DNA from: Chloroflexota bacterium
Lineage (GTDB): Bacteria > Chloroflexota > Anaerolineae > Anaerolineales > Villigracilaceae
Direction: 5' to 3'
Assembly: GCA_016234495.1 (NCBI GenBank)
Contig: JACRBI010000052.1
Location: forward strand, 13,789-77,788
Length of the DNA stretch: 64,000 bases
A program made the position numbers and the translations under genes. Of this stretch, positions 9,586 through 17,972 are shown in pieces. Position 1 is the first letter of the stretch. Each line of letters starts with the position of its first letter. The notes under the pieces are model-generated. The model did no database searches. It was not told the origin of the DNA and saw only the letters and a list, made by a program, of their open reading frames with translations.

Positions 9586-10403
9586 TGAATCACCGTTCCG
9601 TTTCCTGCCAACGCATTCGATATGGGATTTTGAATTCTTCCATCAGCGATAATGACGCGACTCACGCCGCTTTTGAGCGCTTCCTCTGCGCCTAAAACTT
9701 TTTTCTTCATGCGACCCTGCGCCGCTTCACTCGCCGCCGGCAGTTGACTCTGCGGCAGCAGCCGAATGAGCGTGGTCTCGTCTGGGAAATTTTTCATCAG
9801 CCCCGGCACCGCCGTGAGCAACAGCAGAGTCTCCGCCTTGAGCGCAGACGCCACCATCGCCGCCGCGCGGTCAGCATCCACATTCAACGCCTCGCCTTTT
9901 TCGCTGACCGCCACAGGCGCAATCACTGGCAGGTAACCCATGTTCAGCAACACCATTAACAATTCACCATTAACCCTCTCGATCTTTCCCGTGTAATCAT
10001 CGCGGATAATTTTGCGCTTGCCGTTTTCAATGCTCTGCACAGACTCTTTGCGTATGGCTTGGATTAACTTGCCGTCAAGTCCGCATAGCCCAAACGCGTT
10101 GACTCCCAGCATTTGCAACTGTTCCGTCAACAACGAATTGACCTTGCCATTCACCGCCATCAAAAAGATTTCCAGCGTCTTGCGGTCGGTGTAGCGCGAG
10201 GTATAACCCGAAGGCGAAGTGATCATCTTCGGCGGAGCGCCCAACCCTTCACCAAGCGCGTTCGCTTCAGCCGACCCGCCATGCACAAAGACAAGGCGTT
10301 TGCCCTGTTTCAATAATTCCACGGCGTCGGCACAGATCGCAGAAAAATCCACGCCTTCCGTACCACCAAGTTTAACCACTGTAATAGAAGTATCAGTTAA
10401 CAT
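9582..10403 (-). CDS. lysZ: [LysW]-glutamate/aminoadipate kinase
   Basis: VVKLGG, VHGGS, SPSGYTSRYTD, LNVDADRAA, GRMKKK. Confidence 0.9.
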   Translation of the reverse strand: MLTDTSITVVKLGGTEGVDFSAICADAVELLKQGKRLVFVHGGSAEANALGEGLGAPPKMITSPSGYTSRYTDRKTLEIFLMAVNGKVNSLLTEQLQMLGVNAFGLCGLDGKLIQAIRKESVQSIENGKRKIIRDDYTGKIERVNGELLMVLLNMGYLPVIAPVAVSEKGEALNVDADRAAAMVASALKAETLLLLTAVPGLMKNFPDETTLIRLLPQSQLPAASEAAQGRMKKKVLGAEEALKSGVSRVIIADGRIQNPISNALAGNGTVIQ

Positions 10404-10422
10404 AATTCCTGTTCCTAATTTT

Positions 10423-10498
10423 GAAAGGATGAAGGATGAAATATGAAGGATGAATTTTTGCATTCAGTTTTCATCCTTCATCCTTCTGTCTTCATCCT
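10423..10498. repeat. Compound palindrome of 7-nt GGATGAA units
   Basis: GGATGAAGGATGAA..TTCATCCTTCATCC. Confidence 0.8.
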
Positions 10499-11532
10499 TA
10501 AATTGGATGAAGACCCATAAACTCCAGCCCCGTCGTCTCATCCCAACCCATCATCAAATTGAGACACTGAACCGCCGTCCCAGACGCGCCCTTCATGAGA
10601 TTATCAATCGCGCACATTGCCACGATATGACCGTTGCTCTCATCCAGTTCAAAGCCGAGGTCGGCGTAGTTTGAGCCAGCGAGAATCTTCGGTTCAGGGA
10701 CGCGGTAAATCCCCCGCTGTTCCTTCACCACGCGCACGAAGAGATTTTCATTCGCCACGGCACGATACGCCTTCCACAAATCTTTTGTCGCCACGCCAGA
10801 TTTCACTTTGGCGTGAGCCGTCGCCAAAACGCCGCGCACCAAATCCACAGCGGTCATGGTCAGCGAAACATCTTTAACGCCCATCTCTTGAATCACTTCC
10901 GCCGTGTGACGATGACCAAACGCAGAGAACGTCCGTATCACGTTCGCCCGTTCCGCATGAAGCGAACCAGAATTTCCTTCCGCGCCGCCTTCGGAGGAGC
11001 CAACTTTGATTTCAATAAAGATTGGAGAAGATAAGTCCAACAAATCCGCTTTAACGAGCGGCAATAATGCGAGGTTGCTCGCTGTGGCATTGCATCCCAC
11101 CCCGCTGATGTAACTGGCTTTGGAGATTTCTTCGCGATGAAGTTCAGGCAAGCCGTACACAAACTTATTCAACCACTCAGGCGCGGCGTGTTTTTCACCG
11201 TACCATTTTTCGTAGAAGGCAGAGTCTCTTAAACGGAAGTCCGCCGCAAGGTCAATGATGCGCGGCGCAAGTTTTGCATACTGCTCGATGTTATGTTGCG
11301 CCTGTCCGTGCGGCTGCGCGAGGAAGAGAACATCCACAGGCTCCAGCGCGGCAGGATCGCTAAACTTGAGTTGAGTCCGCTTGCGAAGATTCGGGTGGAC
11401 TTGATACACATATTCGCCCAAATGCGAGCGTGACGTCACCTGCTTGATCTCCACATTGGGATGCCCAAGCAGAAGGCGCAATAATTCCCCGCCGCCATAT
11501 CCCGAACCGCCGATGATGGATACTGTTGTCAT
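10498..11532 (-). CDS. lysY: [LysW]-glutamyl/aminoadipyl-phosphate reductase (ArgC-like)
   Basis: IIGGSGYGGGELLRLL, GCNAT, GSSEGG, IDNLMKGASG. Confidence 0.9.
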   Translation of the reverse strand: MTTVSIIGGSGYGGGELLRLLLGHPNVEIKQVTSRSHLGEYVYQVHPNLRKRTQLKFSDPAALEPVDVLFLAQPHGQAQHNIEQYAKLAPRIIDLAADFRLRDSAFYEKWYGEKHAAPEWLNKFVYGLPELHREEISKASYISGVGCNATASNLALLPLVKADLLDLSSPIFIEIKVGSSEGGAEGNSGSLHAERANVIRTFSAFGHRHTAEVIQEMGVKDVSLTMTAVDLVRGVLATAHAKVKSGVATKDLWKAYRAVANENLFVRVVKEQRGIYRVPEPKILAGSNYADLGFELDESNGHIVAMCAIDNLMKGASGTAVQCLNLMMGWDETTGLEFMGLHPI

Positions 11533-11552
11533 CAATCATTACTCCTAAATAT

Positions 11553-11636
11553 TTAACCACAAAGGGCACGAAGGTCACTAAGGAAGAACAAAAAACTTGG
11601 TTTTCCCTTTGTGCTCTTTGTGTCCTTCGTGGTTAA
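11553..11636. repeat. Compound palindrome of 9-nt CACRRAG-like units (family also at 40582-40653 and, in frame, 41402-41476)
   Basis: AACCACAAAGGGCACGAAGGTCACTAAGG...CCTTTGTGCTCTTTGTGTCCTTCGTGGTT. Confidence 0.8.
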
Positions 11637-12499
11637 TTTTTTTCTTTCGCCGTCTTCACCACATATTCCACAATCTCCCCCGCAATATCAATGCCGCTCA
11701 ACGGCTGCATCGTGTGGAATTCCATCGTGTGATTGATCTCGTTGACGACGAGTCCCTTTTGTGGATGCTCCACCAAATCCACACCGAGCAAGCCGCCGCC
11801 AACCGCCTTCGATGCGCGCAAACAAATATCCTCGATCTCTGGCGTGATGGGACACAACTCACCGCTTCCGCCGCGCGCCGTGTTCGTGATCCAATGCTCC
11901 GAGTTGCGATACATCGCCGTCAAGACGCGGTCTCCGATCATAATCGCGCGGATGTCACGCCCGGGCTTCTCGATGTATTCCTGAATATAAAACACGGAAT
12001 GCTGCACCGATCCCAGAGTGGATTTATGTTCAAGCACCGCTTCCGCCGCATCACGGTCATTGACTTTCGCCAGCAGTCGTCCCCACGAACCGACGACAGG
12101 CTTCAACACAACGGGATACCCAAACGCTTCAATCGCTTCGAGTGCGGCTTCGGGCGTAAACGCCGTCGCATTGTGCGGCTGCGGAACTCCGTCACGCGCA
12201 AGGGCCGCGCTGGTCATCAACTTGTCGCCGCAAATCTCCGCCACCGAAGCAGTGTTCACCGTCGGCACACCGAAGGCATTCAACAAGCGCAAGGCATACA
12301 ATCCGCTGTTGTAACTGATGCTGCGCTCCAGCACCGCATCATATTGCTTCCAACTTTCGGGTTTATCCAAATCAAAATGGATCGCGCGGTCATCGAGTCG
12401 GTCATAGTCAATGCCGCGTTTTTCCATCGCGCCGAAAATCCATTTCTCTTCGACGCGCACGCGGGAATAAAGGACGCCTATCTTGAGTCTTCTTTGCAT
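11633..12499 (-). CDS. lysX: LysW ligase, ATP-grasp (LysX/ArgX)
   Basis: [48 protein letters not shown]. Confidence 0.92.
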   Translation of the reverse strand: MQRRLKIGVLYSRVRVEEKWIFGAMEKRGIDYDRLDDRAIHFDLDKPESWKQYDAVLERSISYNSGLYALRLLNAFGVPTVNTASVAEICGDKLMTSAALARDGVPQPHNATAFTPEAALEAIEAFGYPVVLKPVVGSWGRLLAKVNDRDAAEAVLEHKSTLGSVQHSVFYIQEYIEKPGRDIRAIMIGDRVLTAMYRNSEHWITNTARGGSGELCPITPEIEDICLRASKAVGGGLLGVDLVEHPQKGLVVNEINHTMEFHTMQPLSGIDIAGEIVEYVVKTAKEKN

Positions 12500-12511
12500 A
12501 AATTCTCCATT

Positions 12512-12574
12512 GGATGACCGTAGACCGTGGACGATAGACCGTTCCACTGTCCACGGTCTATCGTCCATCGTCGG
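12512..12574. repeat. Compound palindrome of 7-nt GACCGTA-like units (family also at 31405-31458, 31950-32003, 33915-34012, 52093-52152)
   Basis: GACCGTAGACCGTGGACGATAGACCG...CGGTCTATCGTCCATCGTC. Confidence 0.8.
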
Positions 12575-12745
12575 TTATTCACCCCAATCTTCCTGTTCCA
12601 TCGGCGCGAGTTGAATTGCCGCAGGGTCAACAGACGTCACTTCGAGATCCACGCCGCAATCCGAGCAGACAATGATTTCGCCAACTTCGGTTCCAGCCGC
12701 CAATTCAACTTGGGCTTCACATTCAGGGCAGGTTACAGTAGACAT
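12575..12745 (-). CDS. lysW: Amino-group carrier protein LysW (56 aa), missing from the ORF track
   Basis: Manual translation MSTVTCPECEAQVELAAGTEVGEIIVCSDCGVDLEVTSVDPAAIQLAPMEQEDWGE*; two CxxC and C-terminal EDWGE. Confidence 0.95.
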   Translation of the reverse strand: MSTVTCPECEAQVELAAGTEVGEIIVCSDCGVDLEVTSVDPAAIQLAPMEQEDWGE

Positions 12746-12748
12746 GAT

Positions 12749-14107
12749 TTATTCTCCTTTGATTTTTTGTATTTGATTTTTTACCGATTGAAGACTCGTG
12801 CCTCCAACCGTATTTCTTTTATTGATCGATTCCAGCGGATCAAAGACCTGATAAACATCCGCTTCAAACGGACCGAGAGCCTGATACGCTTCGAGCGGCA
12901 TTTTCTCCAACGATACATTTCTCTCCCCCGCCTCGCGGACGGCTTTTCCTGCCAGCGAGTGCGCTTCTCTAAACGGCACGCCTTTCACCACGAGATAATC
13001 TGCCAGGTCGGTCGCCATCATCGTGGAATCAATCGCGCCACGCATTCGCTCAGGCCTGGCAGTGATCGTCCGCAGTGCGCCAGCAATGACAGGCAGAATG
13101 GCAAGCAAAGTATCCGTCGCCGCGAAAACGGGTTGCTTGTCTTCCTGTAAATCCTTGTCGTAGGTGGACGGCAACCCTTTGAGCGTGGCAAGCAGACCCG
13201 TTAACATGCCAATCAGCGTGCCAGATTTTCCGCGCGTGAGTTCAAACACATCGGGGTTTTTCTTCTGCGGCATGAGGCTTGAGCCAGTTGAAAACGCATC
13301 CGACAACTCGAAGAATCCAAACTCGGCGCTGGTGTACAAAACAATCTGCTCGGCGAGTTTGCTTAAGTGAATTCCAATCATCGTGGCGCAGAATAAATAT
13401 TCGGCGGCAAAATCTCGGTCGGATACGGAGTCGAGGCTGTTTTGCGAAGGCTCGGCAAAGCCAAGCGACTTTGCCAACGCGGCGCGGTCAACGGGGATGG
13501 GTGTGCCTGCGAGCGCGCCAGAACCAAGAGGCAAAACCGAAAGGCGCGGAATTAAATCTGTGAGGCGTGCGCGGTCACGTCCCAGCGGATGAAAGTGACT
13601 CAGCCACCAATGCGAAAGCAGAATCGGCTGGGCGCGTTGCAGATGGGTGTAGCCCGGCATGATGGTTGCGCCTGCAAGTTCGGCTTGCTCGACAAGAGTA
13701 GTTTGCAGGTTGAGGATTGCGGAATTTAATTGTGGAATTGTCTGCAACATCCACATTCTGAAATCAGTGGCGACTTGGTCGTTGCGGCTGCGTCCCGTGT
13801 GCAGTTTGCCAGCGGCGGGTCCGATCAATTCGCCGAGTCTTCTTTCAACGGCAGTGTGGATGTCTTCGTCAGCGGGAGCGAAGATGAACTCACCCGAAGC
13901 GAATTCTCCTTTGACAGTATCCAGCCCGAGGGCGATCGATGCGTGCTCCTCATCCGAAAGAATGCCCGACTTGTGAATCGCATCTGCCCAAGCGATAGAA
14001 CCATCCACATCCTGAATTGCCATGCGCTGATCGACAGGCAGGGACGAGTTGAGCGCCCATGCGAGGTCATCTAGTTTTTGTGAAAAGCGTCCGCCCCAAA
14101 GGGTCAT
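12749..14107 (-). CDS. argH: Argininosuccinate lyase
   Basis: LWGGRF, LHTGRSRNDQ, MPGYTHLQRAQP, TGSSLMPQKKNPD. Confidence 0.96.
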   Translation of the reverse strand: MTLWGGRFSQKLDDLAWALNSSLPVDQRMAIQDVDGSIAWADAIHKSGILSDEEHASIALGLDTVKGEFASGEFIFAPADEDIHTAVERRLGELIGPAAGKLHTGRSRNDQVATDFRMWMLQTIPQLNSAILNLQTTLVEQAELAGATIMPGYTHLQRAQPILLSHWWLSHFHPLGRDRARLTDLIPRLSVLPLGSGALAGTPIPVDRAALAKSLGFAEPSQNSLDSVSDRDFAAEYLFCATMIGIHLSKLAEQIVLYTSAEFGFFELSDAFSTGSSLMPQKKNPDVFELTRGKSGTLIGMLTGLLATLKGLPSTYDKDLQEDKQPVFAATDTLLAILPVIAGALRTITARPERMRGAIDSTMMATDLADYLVVKGVPFREAHSLAGKAVREAGERNVSLEKMPLEAYQALGPFEADVYQVFDPLESINKRNTVGGTSLQSVKNQIQKIKGE

Positions 14108-14116
14108 AGTTACCTC

Positions 14117-14172
14117 GTTGATTAGGTACTTAGGGATTAGGAATCGGTTTTCCTAATTACCTAATTCCTAAT
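14117..14172. repeat. Compound palindrome of GATTAG-type 7-8-nt units (family also at 16595-16618, 28302-28372, 49305-49369)
   Basis: GATTAGGTACTTAGGGATTAGG...CCTAATTACCTAATTCCTAATC. Confidence 0.75.
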
Positions 14173-15439
14173 CCCTTTTGAACTTCGAATAATCGGGCTT
14201 CGGCATATCGAGACCTGAAACAGGCAGACCGTTCATCGCGCGGACTTTCATGCTAAGACCAAACAGGCGAATGAACCCTTCGGCGTGACTCTGGTCGTAA
14301 ACATCTTCCTGACCAAAGGTGGCGAAATCTTCGCGATATAAACTGAACGGAGATTTGCGCCCCGCGCTGATGATGTTGCCCTTGTAAAGTTTGAGTCGCA
14401 CCGTGCCAGTGACGGGGCCTTGCGTGGAGTTGACGAAGGCATCCAACGCTTCGCGCAGCGGCGTGAACCACAGTCCGTTGTACGTGAGTTCGGCATATTT
14501 GACAGCGACGACCTGTTTGTAGTGCAGGGTTTCGCGGTCGAGGATGAGCGACTCAAGTTCGCGGTGGGCATACAAAAGAATCGCGCCGCCCGGAGTTTCG
14601 TACACGCCATGCGATTTCATGCCGACGAGTCGATTCTCCACAAGGTCAACGCGGCCAATTCCGTGCGCGCCGCCGATGGCGTTGAGCGTTTCGACAATTT
14701 TAGCGGGCGAAAGTTTTTCACCGTTAACCGCAATCGGATTGCCGCTCTCGAATTCGATCTCAACGTATTCACCTTCATCGGGCGCATTTTCCGGTGAAGT
14801 GGACATCTGGTACATGATCTCTTCGGGTTCGTTCCACGGGTCTTCGAGCAAACCGCCTTCGTGCGAAAGATGCCAGAGGTTTGAGTCGCGGCTGTAAATG
14901 GATTTGATGGTGGCGGTCACAGGGACGTTGTGCTTCGCGGCATAAGCGATTGCATCTTCGCGCGAGCGAATGTCCCACTCGCGCCACGGAGCGATGATCT
15001 TGAGTCGCGGGTCGAGCGCCATGACAGTCAACTCAAAACGAACCTGATCATTGCCCTTGCCTGTCGCGCCGTGTGCAATCGCATCTGCACCTGTCTCGTG
15101 AGCCACATCCACGAGATGTTTTGCGATTAGCGGGCGAGCCACGGAGGTGCCGAGCAAATATTTATGCTCGTACACCGCGCCCATCTTCAACATGGGAAAA
15201 AGATAATCAGCGGCGAATTCCTCCTTCATGTCGTGGATGATGAACTGGCTCGCGCCGCTCTTGATTGCCTTCTGTTCAAGCCCCGCCAAATCTTCGTCAC
15301 CCTGACCCACGTCCGCGCAGAAACACACCACTTCACAGCCGTAGTTTTCCTTCAGCCACGGCACGATCACGGACGTATCCAGCCCGCCCGAATAGGCGAG
15401 GACAACTTTCTTTACTTGCGGTTTTGACTTTAGACTCAT
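14168..15439 (-). CDS. argG: Argininosuccinate synthase
   Basis: [30 protein letters not shown]; AGGAG RBS before ATG 15439. Confidence 0.96.
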   Translation of the reverse strand: MSLKSKPQVKKVVLAYSGGLDTSVIVPWLKENYGCEVVCFCADVGQGDEDLAGLEQKAIKSGASQFIIHDMKEEFAADYLFPMLKMGAVYEHKYLLGTSVARPLIAKHLVDVAHETGADAIAHGATGKGNDQVRFELTVMALDPRLKIIAPWREWDIRSREDAIAYAAKHNVPVTATIKSIYSRDSNLWHLSHEGGLLEDPWNEPEEIMYQMSTSPENAPDEGEYVEIEFESGNPIAVNGEKLSPAKIVETLNAIGGAHGIGRVDLVENRLVGMKSHGVYETPGGAILLYAHRELESLILDRETLHYKQVVAVKYAELTYNGLWFTPLREALDAFVNSTQGPVTGTVRLKLYKGNIISAGRKSPFSLYREDFATFGQEDVYDQSHAEGFIRLFGLSMKVRAMNGLPVSGLDMPKPDYSKFKRD

Positions 15440-15542
15440 TTTTACTCCTTGATTTTTTTGAACCGCGAAGCCCGCCAAGGGCGCCAAGAAAAAATCTTTT
15501 TTTCTCTTCGCGCACTTCGCGCACTTTGCGGTAAGTTGACCT

Positions 15543-15584
15543 AAAAAAGAAATAAAAACAGCCCTCCGAGAAGGAGGGCTGTTT
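15543..15584 (-). terminator. Intrinsic terminator (attenuator) in the argG leader
   Basis: Minus strand AAACAGCCCTCC-TTCTC-GGAGGGCTGTTT followed by a T-rich tail. Confidence 0.85.
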
Positions 15585-15605
15585 GGGTTGACCTGTGACT
15601 ATTTG

Positions 15606-15713
15606 CTAATTCACATCTGCGTTCGTTCCGCCGTCAAAACAAAAAACTCCCGACCTTCTCTGAGAAGTGGGCTTCGGACGACGTGTACGCGGGAGTGCAA
15701 AAAAGCTGGACAT
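15606..15713 (-). CDS. Arg-rich candidate leader peptide (35 aa, MSSFFALPRTRRPKPTSQRRSGVFCFDGGTNADVN)
   Basis: Manual translation; five Arg codons (CGT, CGT, CGT, AGA, AGG) between promoter and terminator upstream of argG. Confidence 0.7.
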   Translation of the reverse strand: MSSFFALPRTRRPKPTSQRRSGVFCFDGGTNADVN

Positions 15714-15723
15714 GTTGGGCGGT

Positions 15724-15751
15724 ATTCTACTCGAAATGTGAAATGAGTCAA
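15724..15751 (-). promoter_or_regulatory. sigma70-type promoter of the arg/lysW operon leader
   Basis: Minus strand TTGACT-16 nt-TAGAAT. Confidence 0.7.
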
Positions 15752-15797
15752 TGATTTTCGCAGGGCAATTTTATATTGACGCTACCAATCGTATAGG

Positions 15798-16586
15798 TTA
15801 TTTTAAAATCTGTTTCATCATCTGTGAGATGGATTGATAGACGGGGGATTCGTCGCCGAGGTCAATCAACGGCTTGCCTGAAAATTCAAACTCAGAGAGG
15901 ATGTCATCTGCGGGGACAGTGCCAAGCAGGGGCAGATCCATTTTTTCGACGAAGGATCTCAACTCGGCGGGCATATCGCCCCGCAGCCTGTTGACTACGA
16001 CATAGGCATTCTCGATGCTGATGTCAAGTTCCTTGCGCATGTCGGCGATGCGTTGGGCAGTGACCAGCCCGCGCTGGGTCGGGTCGCTGACAATGAGCAG
16101 GTGCTGCACATCACGAGTGGTGCGGCGGGAGAGGTGTTCCATGCCTGCTTCATTATCAATGACGACATAAGCATAATGTTTGCTCATATCGTCAATCACT
16201 TCGCGCAAATTATGATTGACCGCGCAATAGCATCCCTGGCCTTCGCCGCGTCCCATTGCGATCAGGTCAAAGCGCGAGCCTTCAGCCAAAGATGTGCGGA
16301 TGTGATAATCGAGATATTCACGCTTGCTCGCGCCGCCGGGCATGGTGCCCATGGCCGCGCCGCCGTTGGTCAATGACGACTTGACCTGCTCCAACATCCC
16401 TTCGCGGATTTCGCCAACCGTCCATTCGAGGTCGAGGCCAAGCACCATGTTGAGGTTCGAGGCGGGGTCGGCGTCAATGGCGAGAATGCTGCCTGGTTGA
16501 TTCTGGGCAAGGTATTTGATGACCATGCCTGCGATGGTGGTTTTGCCAACTCCGCCTTTTCCGGCTAACGCAATCGTTGTGGTCAT
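15798..16586 (-). CDS. cooC: CooC/AcsF-type nickel-insertion ATPase
   Basis: GKGGVGKTT, DADP, GCYC, IDNEAGMEHLSR. Confidence 0.9.
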   Translation of the reverse strand: MTTTIALAGKGGVGKTTIAGMVIKYLAQNQPGSILAIDADPASNLNMVLGLDLEWTVGEIREGMLEQVKSSLTNGGAAMGTMPGGASKREYLDYHIRTSLAEGSRFDLIAMGRGEGQGCYCAVNHNLREVIDDMSKHYAYVVIDNEAGMEHLSRRTTRDVQHLLIVSDPTQRGLVTAQRIADMRKELDISIENAYVVVNRLRGDMPAELRSFVEKMDLPLLGTVPADDILSEFEFSGKPLIDLGDESPVYQSISQMMKQILK

Positions 16587-16594
16587 GTGATCTC

Positions 16595-17368
16595 CTAATC
16601 TCTAATATCTAATCTCTTGAGAATCTTTTCAGCCGCATCTTTGAGCGCCGGCACATGGTCATACACGGGGATGTTGAGTCTGTCGGCTTCCTGCACTTTC
16701 ATATCAGCAGCGAGGAAGCCGAGGACGGGCAAGCCGGGAGTTTCTGTTTCCAGAAATTTTGCTTCATCCTCGTTGCGGACCTTGTTGCCGACAAGATATA
16801 AACGTTTGAGTCCGATGTCATTGGCGAGTTTTTTGATCTGCGCGGCGGTACCGAGACTGCGGCGGGTGGGTTCGACGACAATGAGCATTGCATCCACGAA
16901 GTCAACTGTGGCGCGGCCAAGATGTTCGACGCCGGCGTACATGTCGAGGAGAAGCACATTGTCTTTGCGGAAGAGCAGATGCGTGAACAAGGTTTTGAGC
17001 ATCGCGGCTTCGGGGCAGATGCAGCCGGAGCCGCCAAGTTCCACGCTGCCCATTTCGAGCAGGCGCACACCGCGGTGGAGAATGCTAAATCGTTCGGGGA
17101 TGTCATCAACACGCGGGTTGATGGTGAAGAAGCCGCCGACGGTGCCGGGCTTTGCACCTGTGCGTTCTTCGATGAGCGAGTCCATCTCGGCGATGGGATG
17201 GAGTTGGGCACGCAGTTCTTCGGGGAAGCCTAATGCTCCAGCGAGGCAGGGGCTTGGGTCGGCGTCCACAGCTAAAACGTCACGGCCCTGATCCGCATAT
17301 GCCTGCGCAAGAAGCGCTGTCAGTGTAGTCTTCCCCACGCCGCCTTTGCCAGTGATCGCAAGTTTCAT
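16595..17368 (-). CDS. cooC: CooC-type nickel-insertion ATPase (second paralog)
   Basis: GKGGVGKTT, DADP, GSGCICPE, DMYAGVEHLGR. Confidence 0.9.
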   Translation of the reverse strand: MKLAITGKGGVGKTTLTALLAQAYADQGRDVLAVDADPSPCLAGALGFPEELRAQLHPIAEMDSLIEERTGAKPGTVGGFFTINPRVDDIPERFSILHRGVRLLEMGSVELGGSGCICPEAAMLKTLFTHLLFRKDNVLLLDMYAGVEHLGRATVDFVDAMLIVVEPTRRSLGTAAQIKKLANDIGLKRLYLVGNKVRNEDEAKFLETETPGLPVLGFLAADMKVQEADRLNIPVYDHVPALKDAAEKILKRLDIRD

Positions 17369-17572
17369 AACTTCATATTACAACGCATTCTATAAAAGAA
17401 AGCGGGCTATTCATCCTGAATTTGGATGACACTAATAACTTTTATCCATATTTCAAGTGACAATAGGCACAAGGAAGTTGTACAGGCAAAATGCTAGAAT
17501 GATATGAGTAAGAGTTCATATCTTTAGCGGTGTCTTCGCGCAAGTCATCATCCTGTTTGAGGAGGTGTTTGT

Positions 17573-17959
17573 ATGGAGGCCAAATCGTTCGAAGCGCCTG
17601 CGCTTTACGGAGACCATCATGTTTCCGAGGTGAGGCGGATATTGCTTGAGTTGACGGGGGTCAGTGATGTGTATGCGAGCAGCGCCTTTCAAGTTATCGA
17701 AGTCCAGTACGATCCGGAGAAAATCAAAGCCGAGCAGATCAGCGCATGTTTGGAAGCGGCGGGTTATCTCGGCGAAGTTCCGATGCTGACCGAGACAGGC
17801 GTCGCGGCTGAGAAGATTGGCGGAGATCATTTCTTCCGGCATACCGCCGTTTATGAAACTGTCAAAGAGACTGTTTCCTTTGCCCAGCGCGTGGACTATA
17901 GCGGACGCCCGCTCTGGCCCTGCCCGGGCATGGGTCCTGTCAAAATGATTGACGAGTAA
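17573..17959 (+). CDS. HMA-fold protein with atypical YGDHH metal loop; candidate Ni chaperone
   Basis: Pattern ..ALYGDHHV.EV...L..L.GV..V...........YDP.......I...L..AGY; first gene of the CODH/ACS operon. Confidence 0.6.
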   Translation: MEAKSFEAPALYGDHHVSEVRRILLELTGVSDVYASSAFQVIEVQYDPEKIKAEQISACLEAAGYLGEVPMLTETGVAAEKIGGDHFFRHTAVYETVKETVSFAQRVDYSGRPLWPCPGMGPVKMIDE

Positions 17960-17972
17960 CTGGAGGTGAATC

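Noticed and set aside
11597-12517. 306-aa plus-strand ORF (similarly 2009..2620, 5054..5842, 16617..17291, 20357..21004, 32335..32976, 56914..57567)
   Set aside because: Antisense shadows of well-supported genes in GC-rich DNA; no motifs or RBS
12500-12568. Long N-terminal extensions in the ORF track (lysX, lysZ, lysK, acsB, CBS, pheA, thyX, lysC)
   Set aside because: They are translations of intergenic repeats or leaders; downstream ATGs have good RBSs and match family N-termini
7310-12745. Purely lysine-biosynthetic (aminoadipate) role for the lysW cluster
   Set aside because: No aminoadipate-forming genes are adjacent, it is co-transcribed with argGH, and the leader is Arg-rich. Bifunctionality remains possible.
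15540-15720. T-box riboswitch upstream of argG
   Set aside because: No T-box antiterminator consensus (GGTGG-ACC) found and the leader is short; a uORF explains it better
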